IMG/VR virus record: IMGVR_UViG_3300042940_001591
Reading direction: 5' to 3' (one strand)
DNA: 64,000 bases
From: a virus
Taxonomy: Duplodnaviria; Caudoviricetes
Under the pieces are notes generated by a model that saw nothing but the letters and a program-made list of their open reading frames with translations, searched no databases and was not told the origin of the DNA. The translations under genes and the position numbers were made by a program. Position 1 is the first letter of the stretch. Each line of letters begins with the position of its first letter. This document shows positions 9,469 through 18,180 of this stretch, in pieces.

Positions 9469-10361
9469 TAAAATTGAAAGTTTGTTCCTATCATAAACAT
9501 TATTGGATTACTTTTTTTATAACCAACTGATTCTGATAATTTATCCCAAGTTGTGTTATATCTGATATTAGTATTTAACACAAATCTTTTAGTTATTTTC
9601 CAATCAATAGATGTTCCATAATATAAGTCCAAATTGAAATCATCTATATATGTCAAATCCGATTCAGTACCATCTTTAAATACTTTATATACATCACTCA
9701 TAGCAAATATTTGTGGTGAAATGTTTACCCTCTTCGTTTTCAATGTATACGTGTACATCACCATACCTCTATAAGTAAGTTCGGATGATGATGGCATTTG
9801 TGGATATATTAAATCTTTAAAATCACCATTTTCATCTACCGTATATTTTCCTTCCCATTCACCCTGATAAGTTCCCCAAAATGATTTTGACGCAGTTAAA
9901 CTATAACCAAATGTTCCAAACTTTTTAGTTCTGAATACATCTATAAATGATAATGTAATATCTTTTTGGAAATCAAAATCGGTTGAAAAAAATGTTTGTA
10001 TTGTTGTAGTTCTCTTTTCGGTATTTTTACTAAGTCCATAACCCACACCATAATAATTCCATATAGGGTTTATTGATGTTGCGAATGTATGTCCCCATTG
10101 TCCATTCATAGATGATTTATGATACCCCAAATTAAGAGTAGTAGATACCTGTCTTCCAATTATACCAACTGATAAGTTTGAAGATGAAAGTACATCTTTT
10201 GAAAAATTAACATATGATTGCAATATACCCACATCGTTCCAATCATCACTTTCTCCAAATAATTCTTTTGGTGATAGTTGTAATGTATCGGGTGCAGGTA
10301 TTTGTGCGTTTGACACAAATCCAATTAAAACTAACGATATGATTAATAATAGTTTTTTCAT
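9468..10361 (-). CDS. probable outer-membrane beta-barrel protein
   Basis: Signal peptide ..SNA|Q; C-terminal IGTNFQF. Confidence 0.65.
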   Translation of the reverse strand: MKKLLLIISLVLIGFVSNAQIPAPDTLQLSPKELFGESDDWNDVGILQSYVNFSKDVLSSSNLSVGIIGRQVSTTLNLGYHKSSMNGQWGHTFATSINPIWNYYGVGYGLSKNTEKRTTTIQTFFSTDFDFQKDITLSFIDVFRTKKFGTFGYSLTASKSFWGTYQGEWEGKYTVDENGDFKDLIYPQMPSSSELTYRGMVMYTYTLKTKRVNISPQIFAMSDVYKVFKDGTESDLTYIDDFNLDLYYGTSIDWKITKRFVLNTNIRYNTTWDKLSESVGYKKSNPIMFMIGTNFQF

Positions 10362-12658
10362 TAGTTCATTTTTACTTTTAATTGTGTTCCATTTTTATTA
10401 ACTGCATCGGTTGTTGATATTGAAGTTAAACCCAAAGTACCACTCAGTCCTATTAATGGTAAAAATGTTATTTTATATTCTGTTGTTTTATCCAATAATG
10501 TTGAACCATCGGTAATCAATGAACCTAATGTTATTGATGAACCTCTATTAGTTCCAAAATTGGTAGGAGTTCCCTTTGTGGTGAATTCTACTTTTTCAAA
10601 TTTCAATGATGTGTTATCATAGTTCAAGTTAAATTGAGTACCAACTACCTCTTGTTGTAATGGGTCTACCGAAATCGTTACTACTAATTTACCACCAATG
10701 TTTTCACCCATCAAATATGCATTTATTTCGTTTGGTACTGAATTGGTATTTAAACTCATAGTTCTAATTGAATTACTTGTAACACCACTTACACTTTGTT
10801 GTGCCGAATGTGATAGATTTACATCACCTACCCAAGTTGCGTTCACATTGTAAGTATTATTAAGTGTACTCGTATTCAAACTAAAAGGGAATAAACTTCT
10901 GGTAGAGTTAAATTGTGTACTCCAATTAGATTTTGTTACCGCATCATATTCTGACTTACTATATAACTTAATCAAATAGGTTAATACCGAGTATTGTGTT
11001 AGTGGTGCGGCTCCTGTCAAATGTTGTAATAATTTGTATGTATCTGCTTCATTAAATATACCATTACCATCCACATCTGCGTTCATATATTGAATCCCCG
11101 ATGTAAATTCCAACCCACTCTCATTTCCAAATATACCACCATTTGATAATTCTTTAAATGCGATAAACACATCCGATACCGTTACAATACTATTATATAG
11201 AGTGTTTAAATCAGTTTGGTTGGTATATGATAAATCGATTCCGTGTTGTTTATAACTTTGAATTGGTGAGAATGTAAATTCTGCCTTTGTTCCGTACCAC
11301 CCATCTTGTAATCGTAATTGAGATTGAAATGTGGATGAAGTTATTTTGGTTGTCAAATTACCTGGCATTATATACGTTTTCCAAAATCCACTTACATTAT
11401 TAATGGTAACCGGTCCATCATATATGTCAAATAATTTAACCGATGTTACATTGTTTGGGGATACTCCCGTTCCATCAAATTCTCTTTCATCTATTAACAA
11501 TTGGTGTCCACCTAAATTTGCATCATATGGATTTATTATTGCCCATTCAACTTGTCCGGCGGTTGTAGTTGCTTTAACCCCAACACCACTTACCTTTGCG
11601 GTATCTAAATCATTTGTAATATCAACTTTACCTAATCCACTTATTGCTCTTGATGTGTTGGTTGTTGTACTCCATACATTATTTACATATCTGTTTGCCT
11701 TTGCTGAGAATTTGGTCTCATCCACGTTACTACCAAAATCAAAATTAAATCTAGCAGTTAGAACTTCACCATTTGAGTGAGTTACTGAATTGGTATAAAA
11801 CTCTGTGAACGTTGCATCATCAGGATTAGTCCAAGTTCCAAATTCAACCACATAAGGATTTGCAAAATGGTTTGGTAAATCATTCCATTGAGAACCATTC
11901 CATTTGGTTACTGCATAATCTTCGTTACCACTATCGTTTGGTTCACCAGGTGCCCAGTTATTATATTGACCGGGAATATTTCCGTTTAGTTGTCCGTTAT
12001 TTATTTTAATTAAAGTTCCAGCTTCAGGACCTGCATCAATTGTCCATCTAGCTTCACTTGCAGCATCGGATAATGCGAACCATATATTTGTTTGAGGTAC
12101 ATTGTTAAAAATAAAAGCATCTTCATCCGCTGAAGTAATTGTTACTAAATATCCTTGTTGTCCTTTGAATGTTTGTTGTGATGATAGTGTTTTAGCATTT
12201 GTATAAGTTGCTCCGGTTGATATTGGTCTATAAAAGTGTCCATTTGTTCCGTTATAAAAATATCCTGTTGGATTGACTGTTGCAGCCACGGATAATGCAA
12301 CATTACCTCTTACCGAACCTGTATTTACTTTTAGAGATGCTAAAGCAGTATTGATATTCGCCATTGTTCCCGTTACCACCAAACGAGTTTTATTACCGCT
12401 TAAAGTAAATCCACTTGCTGCGGTTAAACCTGTTGTTGTAGTTAGGTTAAATGTTGTACCCGTTGGTGGATTAACTAAACTAATTGATGCTAATAAAGTT
12501 GCGGTTGAACCGAACCCACTCAATACAAATCCACTTGCATCTTGTCCAGATGTAGATGGTAAAAATGATTTAGAGTCCGGAGCAGATACACTCTGTCCGA
12601 ACCCTAAAAATGAAATTAGTAAAAAACATATTACTAATAGTTTCTTCATATTACTCAA
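10361..12658 (-). CDS. exported C-type lectin / dockerin-like / cohesin-like multidomain protein
   Basis: Signal ..GFG|Q; YNNWAPGEPND..EDYA..WNDL (C-type lectin); ADVDGNGIFNEADTYKLLQHL (dockerin/EF-hand); VGTQFNLNYD (cohesin-like). Confidence 0.7.
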   Translation of the reverse strand: MSNMKKLLVICFLLISFLGFGQSVSAPDSKSFLPSTSGQDASGFVLSGFGSTATLLASISLVNPPTGTTFNLTTTTGLTAASGFTLSGNKTRLVVTGTMANINTALASLKVNTGSVRGNVALSVAATVNPTGYFYNGTNGHFYRPISTGATYTNAKTLSSQQTFKGQQGYLVTITSADEDAFIFNNVPQTNIWFALSDAASEARWTIDAGPEAGTLIKINNGQLNGNIPGQYNNWAPGEPNDSGNEDYAVTKWNGSQWNDLPNHFANPYVVEFGTWTNPDDATFTEFYTNSVTHSNGEVLTARFNFDFGSNVDETKFSAKANRYVNNVWSTTTNTSRAISGLGKVDITNDLDTAKVSGVGVKATTTAGQVEWAIINPYDANLGGHQLLIDEREFDGTGVSPNNVTSVKLFDIYDGPVTINNVSGFWKTYIMPGNLTTKITSSTFQSQLRLQDGWYGTKAEFTFSPIQSYKQHGIDLSYTNQTDLNTLYNSIVTVSDVFIAFKELSNGGIFGNESGLEFTSGIQYMNADVDGNGIFNEADTYKLLQHLTGAAPLTQYSVLTYLIKLYSKSEYDAVTKSNWSTQFNSTRSLFPFSLNTSTLNNTYNVNATWVGDVNLSHSAQQSVSGVTSNSIRTMSLNTNSVPNEINAYLMGENIGGKLVVTISVDPLQQEVVGTQFNLNYDNTSLKFEKVEFTTKGTPTNFGTNRGSSITLGSLITDGSTLLDKTTEYKITFLPLIGLSGTLGLTSISTTDAVNKNGTQLKVKMN

Positions 12659-14303
12659 TGGTTAAATCAACTTTATTTCCTTTCGCGTCAACAGCATCCG
12701 ATAAAACAAAGTAGAATAAACCCGCAGTATTTGTTAAAGTAGTTTTTGGTGTGAATATTAATTTATATGGAGTACCTACTTTAATTCTCGCACTTTTCAA
12801 TTGGTCAATAGAACCAAACGTTAATCTACCATCTTTATGTGTAGAAAAGTTTGTGATAGTTGAACCTGAATCAAATATGATATTATCCAAAGTTAATTTA
12901 GACTCATCATAATTCATTATTACTTGTAAACCTGCTAATTCTGTCTTTGTTAATGTAGTGGTTAATACAACCTTACCACCCTCTAATGTTGATGTAATAC
13001 CTAATGTTGCCTTTTCCACTGCTAAAGTTTGATAAGCCATCGGGGCAGTACTCATAGATTTTATAGAACTAGTTGCTTTATCATTTACAGAATTTGTAAA
13101 TTGACCTGCAGTTATTTTAGTTGCAATTACCGCTGGGTCGGATGAATGTGACCAGTTTAAGTCTCCACCCCACGCAAATACAGCATAAACCTCTTTTGTA
13201 GGTGAATCAATTAATACTCTATTCTTAACCACACCATCTAACCAACTTTGATTCAATAAACCACTATACCATCTTACTGATGTTGATGTGTTTGTTGGAA
13301 TCATTGCGTTTGAGTCAGTATTTTGTCCCATTACATGTGCAAATAATGCGTATGAATCTCCTTCACCAAACGCGTTTTGGTTATTGGTTACCTTACCAAC
13401 TTTCTTTTCCAATGCTGGTAGAGTAAAGAAGTTCGCGGTACCACTAATATCAGTTTGTGAGTGTCCTAAGAATGCTTTATAGGCATCTGATACGGTTACA
13501 ATGTTGTTCATCCAAGTTTTTTGAAACGCGGGTCCAACGAATACCCCAACTGAATCACCCACTTTAACTTGTGTTGTGAATAACGCTTCACCACTTGCAT
13601 CCAATGGTAATTGTGCAATAGGTTGTTGTGACCAATCAATTTCACCACTACCATTTGATTTCAATTTCATCAATTGAACATTATGGTCGGTAATAGTATA
13701 TCCTTGTGGATATAATACTTTTACTTTGAATTGTGACGTGTTACCAACAACATTACTTACAGATGACCAACCACCACCAAAGATAGTCCCAACATTTGCA
13801 CCGGCAGTGTCGGTACCCGTTGCCAAATCTATTTTGAAAATATTGTTATATGTATTTTGGTCTTTTAAAACATATTTTTGAGTCGCAATTAAACCACTAA
13901 TAGATGCATCAGCTCTTTGAACGGTTAATTGTCCAACATTCCAATCAGCATTTACCGCATAACCCCAAGGAGTTAAACCATATTGAAGATCTAAATTATT
14001 ATCACTCGTAGTGCTGTTTGGTGTAAACTTATAGTTACTCCATCCAGTGTAAAATGTTTGGGCAGACGTGCCTTGGTTAAATGCGGTTGACACATATGAT
14101 AATGCCTTATTATTAAATTGATATCTAAACCAAAGATAACGAGGGTTTTTAATTACAGTACCTTTTGTTAAGTTATATTTAACCGTTAGTGTGTCTCCTA
14201 CTTTTAATCCAGTAGTTGGTGTTATTGATTGACTAATTGTTAATTGACCGAATGATGTAAAGGCGATCAATAAAAAAAAGCTAAGAGAGAGTAGTTTTTT
14301 CAT
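12651..14303 (-). CDS. exported cohesin-like multidomain protein
   Basis: Signal ..SFG|Q; LAGLQVIMNYD; shares VTVSD and GDxNxSHS motifs with 10361-12658. Confidence 0.65.
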   Translation of the reverse strand: MKKLLSLSFFLLIAFTSFGQLTISQSITPTTGLKVGDTLTVKYNLTKGTVIKNPRYLWFRYQFNNKALSYVSTAFNQGTSAQTFYTGWSNYKFTPNSTTSDNNLDLQYGLTPWGYAVNADWNVGQLTVQRADASISGLIATQKYVLKDQNTYNNIFKIDLATGTDTAGANVGTIFGGGWSSVSNVVGNTSQFKVKVLYPQGYTITDHNVQLMKLKSNGSGEIDWSQQPIAQLPLDASGEALFTTQVKVGDSVGVFVGPAFQKTWMNNIVTVSDAYKAFLGHSQTDISGTANFFTLPALEKKVGKVTNNQNAFGEGDSYALFAHVMGQNTDSNAMIPTNTSTSVRWYSGLLNQSWLDGVVKNRVLIDSPTKEVYAVFAWGGDLNWSHSSDPAVIATKITAGQFTNSVNDKATSSIKSMSTAPMAYQTLAVEKATLGITSTLEGGKVVLTTTLTKTELAGLQVIMNYDESKLTLDNIIFDSGSTITNFSTHKDGRLTFGSIDQLKSARIKVGTPYKLIFTPKTTLTNTAGLFYFVLSDAVDAKGNKVDLTIE

Positions 14304-14318
14304 TTTATTATTTTTTTT

Positions 14319-14969
14319 TTATTTTTTATCCATTAATTTATTTATTAATTTTTCACTAGCCTTTTTAAGTGCATTACTTAAAGATGTTTGGTTAAACGAC
14401 CCCCCTTCATCGACAATAAGCGTCGACATAGAAACTTCAGATGATGATTCCTCAACAACAAATTCTTTTTCTTTTTTACCGTCTTTTGTTAATGTTCCCT
14501 TCAATCTAATAACCACTTCCTCCTGATTAGAATGGAAAACAGATATGTTCTTCTTTGTTGTAAGAACATCTAAATAAACAATTTGTACTTTTAATTTGTA
14601 AGGAGATGATGCCGATAAATCGTAGCCTTTTTCTTGTAAAAACTCTTCTAATATGTTTTTAACCCCGAATGCTAAATTTCTGTTACCAGCCAATTTACCA
14701 ATTTTAACCTCATTGGTTACACTCTCAACCCAAATATGGTCTTCAGCATTATACCAAATGTTTTCTGGAGAGTTTTTGAATGTTCCATCAATTCTCCACG
14801 AAATCCAATTAACGATATTTCGTTGCAACTCATGTTTGCCGGAAAACTCTAAATAAACAAAGAATAATTGAAAACAAAGGGCAAAGACTATCCAAAATAC
14901 TACTAATCTTAAAAATACCCAAAATAATATATTGCCTAAATTAAGTGATAATGTTCTAATTCTTTCCAT
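14319..14969 (-). CDS. membrane-anchored periplasmic protein, CsgG/LptE-like alpha-beta pattern
   Basis: N-terminal TM; LAFGVKNILEEFL..KLKVQI..ALKKASEKL. Confidence 0.5.
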   Translation of the reverse strand: MERIRTLSLNLGNILFWVFLRLVVFWIVFALCFQLFFVYLEFSGKHELQRNIVNWISWRIDGTFKNSPENIWYNAEDHIWVESVTNEVKIGKLAGNRNLAFGVKNILEEFLQEKGYDLSASSPYKLKVQIVYLDVLTTKKNISVFHSNQEEVVIRLKGTLTKDGKKEKEFVVEESSSEVSMSTLIVDEGGSFNQTSLSNALKKASEKLINKLMDKK

Positions 14970-15155
14970 ATGAAATTTTTTAAAGTACTCCTGGCAATTT
15001 TCATATGAAAAGAGTCAGGAGAGAGATAATTTTTATTTGTCCCTTATAAATATCAACACTTTATACATCTGACAAAAAAAAGTTTTTAACTTTTCTTGAT
15101 TATATACGTATTTATTAATATCTTTGTAAAAGAAAAAAAGATAAAACTAAATTCA

Positions 15156-15251
15156 ATGAGACAATTAACAAACATAACGTCGACATCAAACCAACTAAAT
15201 TGGAATGAGCAACCTATGCGCATATGTCTCGATGATACTGATGTTGGTTAA
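15156..15251 (+). CDS. 31-aa leader peptide of putative attenuator upstream of tRNA array
   Basis: MRQLTNITSTSNQLNWNEQPMRICLDDTDVG*, between promoter TATCTTTG (15119-15126) and terminator. Confidence 0.55.
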   Translation: MRQLTNITSTSNQLNWNEQPMRICLDDTDVG

Positions 15252-15274
15252 TTTAGTTTAACTTAAAATATTAG

Positions 15275-15308
15275 AAAACCTCGGGACTTAAAAATCTCGA
15301 GGTTTTTT
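15275..15308 (+). terminator. intrinsic terminator preceding tRNA array
   Basis: AAAACCTCGGGA / TCTCGAGGTTTT stem followed by T tract. Confidence 0.75.
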
Positions 15309-15321
15309 GTTTTATACAAAT

Positions 15322-15396
15322 AGGGTAATGGACTAATGGCTAAGTCACTTGCTTTGGGAGCAAGGCATCATGGAGGTTCGAGTCCTCTTTACCCTA
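15322..15396 (+). tRNA. tRNA-Pro(TGG)
   Basis: Cloverleaf AGGGTAA/TTACCCT, loop TTTGGGA, T loop TTCGAGT. Confidence 0.85.
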
Positions 15397-15401
15397 CAAA
15401 C

Positions 15402-15473
15402 GCTGATTTAGCTCAGAGGTAGAGCACGAAGCTGTTAACTTCGGGGTCCAGATATCGTAATTCTGAATCAGCG
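15402..15473 (+). tRNA. tRNA-Asn(GTT), non-canonical T loop
   Basis: GCTGATT/AATCAGC, loop CTGTTAA; T arm CAGAT-ATCGTAA-TTCTG. Confidence 0.75.
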
Positions 15474-15479
15474 CAAAAT

Positions 15480-15551
15480 GCGTGTGTAGTTCAATTGGTA
15501 GAATTTCGGTCTCCAAAACCGAAGATGAAGGTTCGAGTCCTTACATGCGTG
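15480..15551 (+). tRNA. tRNA-Trp(CCA)
   Basis: Loop CTCCAAA, T loop TTCGAGT. Confidence 0.85.
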
Positions 15552-15558
15552 CAACAAT

Positions 15559-15638
15559 ACCCGAGTGGTGGAATGGTATACACAGCGGTCTTAGAAACCG
15601 TGTCGAAAGGCGTGTCGGTTCGAGTCCGACCTTGGGTA
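15559..15638 (+). tRNA. tRNA-Leu(TAG)
   Basis: ACCCGAG/CTTGGGT, loop CTTAGAA, variable arm. Confidence 0.9.
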
Positions 15639-15643
15639 CATAT

Positions 15644-15714
15644 TGTCCTTTAGTATAGTGGTAGTACAGATGGTTTTGGTCCATCTAGCTGTGGTTCGAG
15701 CCCACGAGGGACAA
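15644..15714 (+). tRNA. tRNA-Gln(TTG)
   Basis: TGTCCTT/AGGGACA, loop TTTTGGT. Confidence 0.9.
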
Positions 15715-15719
15715 CATAT

Positions 15720-15792
15720 TGCGGGGAGGAGGGTACCCGACCAGTCTCATAAGCTGTGTCTTTTCCGGTTTCGACTACCGGCCCCGCAACCA
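15720..15792 (+). tRNA. tRNA-Met(CAT)-like with shortened D arm, encoded CCA
   Basis: TGCGGGG/CCCCGCA-ACCA, loop CTCATAA, T arm CCGGT-TTCGACT-ACCGG; only 14 nt between acceptor and anticodon stems. Confidence 0.6.
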
Positions 15793-15942
15793 AAAAGATT
15801 TTAAAATAATTTGGAATATCTGAAATTATTTATTATCTTTGTTAAACAATGGTTGATTGGGATTTAACGGGGCTAGCGAATAGCGAGAAACGCCAATCAT
15901 AAAAACAGATGTCCACACCCCCATCTTCTGTTTTCCATAGTA

Positions 15943-16016
15943 GCCCGAATAGCTCAGCTGGCCAGAGCAACTGATTTGTAATCAGTAGGTCCTCAGTTCG
16001 AATCTGAGTTTGGGCT
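15943..16016 (+). tRNA. tRNA-Thr(TGT)
   Basis: Canonical cloverleaf, loop TTTGTAA. Confidence 0.9.
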
Positions 16017-16018
16017 CA

Positions 16019-16275
16019 ACAGGTGACGACGGTGGTGTAACCCCACTGTCTATGAATCCCAAAAGATCCGTCTGACTCGCGAGGTAGGGCGGTGAGGGTA
16101 GAGTTACTATAAGTCGGGAATAATTACCCCAATACGAAAATGTAACCGCAGACTATGTCTGTTATGATGTACATAGATGGTACGAAAAACCTGTAACTTT
16201 TTGAAACTAACTCAACGAGGACTTTGTCAACCAGAGCAGTGACTCGGATGGTGCAACTTAAGGTGAGTTAGAATC
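16019..16275 (+). ncRNA. unidentified structured RNA between tRNA-Thr and tRNA-Ser
   Basis: GC-richer, no ORF; helices ACAGGT/ACCTGT, GACGGTGG/CCACTGTC, CTAACTCA/TGAGTTAG. Confidence 0.4.
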
Positions 16276-16282
16276 AATTTTT

Positions 16283-16367
16283 AGAGAGTTGGCCGAGTGG
16301 TTGATGGCACCAGTCTTGAAAACTGGCATACTGAAAGGTATCTGGGGTTCGAATCCCTAACTCTCTG
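16283..16367 (+). tRNA. tRNA-Ser(TGA)
   Basis: AGAGAGT/ACTCTCT, loop CTTGAAA, long variable arm. Confidence 0.9.
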
Positions 16368-16543
16368 CAAGAATTAACTAAGATACTGTAAAACCAGTAG
16401 GTGGTGATTCCAGATTTATCTGTGAGCCATTTAAACCCTGATAGCAATGTTAATTTTTAATATATAATATTTTTTTTATATTAAGATATTGATTTCCAAC
16501 ATTTTATTCTGTATATTTGTCATATTATTAATATTTATAATAT

Positions 16544-16846
16544 ATGATAGATAAAATCACATTATCGTTAATGTTATTTTTTAACACATTAACATCATCT
16601 ATCGACCCAAGTCTTTCTGATGAAAGAAAGTCAGTCAATCAAATAAAAAAAGAGATTAAATCCCTTGAAAGAAAGATTGAATGGGTTGAAGTAACAGATG
16701 AGAATTACGCTAGCAGGGCCGTCAAAACCAAAGAAATCACGGACGAGATTACCAAATTGAATGGTAAAATTGTAAAGATTGAGAAGGTTGCAAAATTAAA
16801 AGAGAAATGGGCAACGGAAGATTCCTTGTCCAAATCAAAAAAATGA
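16544..16846 (+). CDS. exported coiled-coil protein
   Basis: Hydrophobic N-terminus, heptad-rich; TATTTATA at 16532-16539. Confidence 0.55.
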   Translation: MIDKITLSLMLFFNTLTSSIDPSLSDERKSVNQIKKEIKSLERKIEWVEVTDENYASRAVKTKEITDEITKLNGKIVKIEKVAKLKEKWATEDSLSKSKK

Positions 16847-17292
16847 AAAAAATTTTTTTAGTGCTAACGTTACTTTTGGGAGTGGAAGTCGTAGCAAATG
16901 GACAAGAGTGGTTTATAACCGCCACTCGAAAAGGCGGTCCATCAGACGGTTATATAACAGGTGGTTTTATGAAAAAAGGTTGGGGGTTTTATGCGGGACT
17001 TCCATACGGTGAAATAAAAACCCCAAATGGCGGAATTTCAATTCCCCCTGGTGTTAACACCAATACAGGAAATGTGTCCGATAACATGAAGTTTGGTGTT
17101 CTTAGACAATTAAAAGAAGACAAGGCGATTGTTGGATTTGGATTACAGCCAACACTTGATGGTAATAAACCAAATTTTCTTATAATGTACAATCCACTTA
17201 GGCCAAGTACTGTTATAAATTTATGGACAATTGGTAATTTAGTCGGTAGTGATTTTACATTAGGACTTGGATTATCGTATAAAGTAAAATAA
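16843..17292 (+). CDS. probable small outer-membrane beta-barrel protein
   Basis: Start moved to MKKIFL; signal ..ANG|Q; C-terminal LGLGLSYKVK. Confidence 0.55.
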   Translation: MKKIFLVLTLLLGVEVVANGQEWFITATRKGGPSDGYITGGFMKKGWGFYAGLPYGEIKTPNGGISIPPGVNTNTGNVSDNMKFGVLRQLKEDKAIVGFGLQPTLDGNKPNFLIMYNPLRPSTVINLWTIGNLVGSDFTLGLGLSYKVK

Positions 17293-17413
17293 AATAAAAT
17301 TTTAGTTAAGTTAATTCCCTGAACAAACTAAAAAAATTGTTCGGGGTTTTTTTATATCACATTTTTTGTTTATGTTTGAGTTATAGTTCTTTGATGTATT
17401 GGAAAAACAAAAT

Positions 17414-17498
17414 GCCTGAGTGATGAAATGGTATACATGACAGACTTAAAATCTGTTGAGCAGAAACGCTCGTGCGGGTTCAAGTCCCGCCTCAGGTA
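17414..17498 (+). tRNA. tRNA-Leu(TAA)
   Basis: GCCTGAG/CTCAGGT, loop CTTAAAA. Confidence 0.9.
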
Positions 17499-17615
17499 CA
17501 AATGTAATGACTCAGAAATGAGTGACGGAACGGACGCTACGTATGAAATGGAAACTTTTGATGCACGTACAAAGGTGCTGATTAGAAACAAACCGTACAG
17601 ACATTACATTAACTT

Positions 17616-17689
17616 GGTTCCGTAGCTCAGTTGGATAGAGCAACATCCTTCTAAGATGTGGGTCTTTGGTTCGAATCCAAACGGGATCA
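17616..17689 (+). tRNA. tRNA-Arg(TCT)
   Basis: Canonical cloverleaf, loop CTTCTAA. Confidence 0.9.
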
Positions 17690-17699
17690 CGTAAATTTT

Positions 17700-17773
17700 G
17701 GACTTGTAGCTCACTCGGTTAGAGCGGCACACTCATAATGTGAAGGTAGTAGGTTCGATTCCTACCTGGTCCA
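17700..17773 (+). tRNA. tRNA(CAT), probably Ile2 (lysidine type)
   Basis: GGACTTG/CTGGTCC-A, loop CTCATAA; resembles bacterial Ile2 tRNAs, lacks initiator GGG/CCC. Confidence 0.75.
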
Positions 17774-17785
17774 CTTTTAAGTTAT

Positions 17786-17963
17786 GGGTCTCCGATGGAA
17801 GTCCGCAAGAAAAATAGATGTTTTTCATCCATCAAAAAATTACCATAGAGACCGCTAAATCGAGTTAGTGAAAATCTACATTCTCATTGGTAATCATTCA
17901 TGACACCTACCGGTGGTTCCACACTAAGGTTATGTGAGGCTTCGGCTGATAAAAGGGTGTTAT
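17786..17963 (+). ncRNA. unidentified structured RNA, possible pseudoknot
   Basis: GGTCTC/GAGACC, GATGGA/TCCATC, crossing ATTACCA/TGGTAAT, TGACACC/GGTGTTA. Confidence 0.35.
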
Positions 17964-17965
17964 AT

Positions 17966-18116
17966 TGTAGTGTGACGAAATTGGCAAACGTACCCTCCTG
18001 TCTCGGGGGTGTGGACAAAGAAATAGATTGATAATATTAGGGGGTAGACCACCAGCTTGCAAGCGTCATGTTATCAGTTGAATCTCCACTTGGTGGTTCG
18101 AACCCATCCACTACAG
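17966..18116 (+). tRNA. tRNA-Asp(GTC) with 82-nt structured variable region
   Basis: TGTAGTG/CACTACA-G, anticodon stem CCCTC/GGGGG with loop CTGTCTC, T arm GGTGG-TTCGAAC-CCATC; insert 18010-18091. Confidence 0.7.
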
Positions 18117-18180
18117 CAAATTAAATTTTGTTTTTTGAAATTTATTATGTATATTTGTAAAACAATTAAAGATTAAAATT

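Noticed and set aside
17370-17625. ORFs 17370-17591 and 17428-17625
   Set aside because: Overlap tRNA-Leu(TAA)
15322-18116. Theta (HDV-like) or hammerhead ribozymes at tRNA 3' ends
   Set aside because: Trailers checked by eye lack the HDV nested pseudoknot and CUGAUGA/GAAA cores; a covariance search is still advisable
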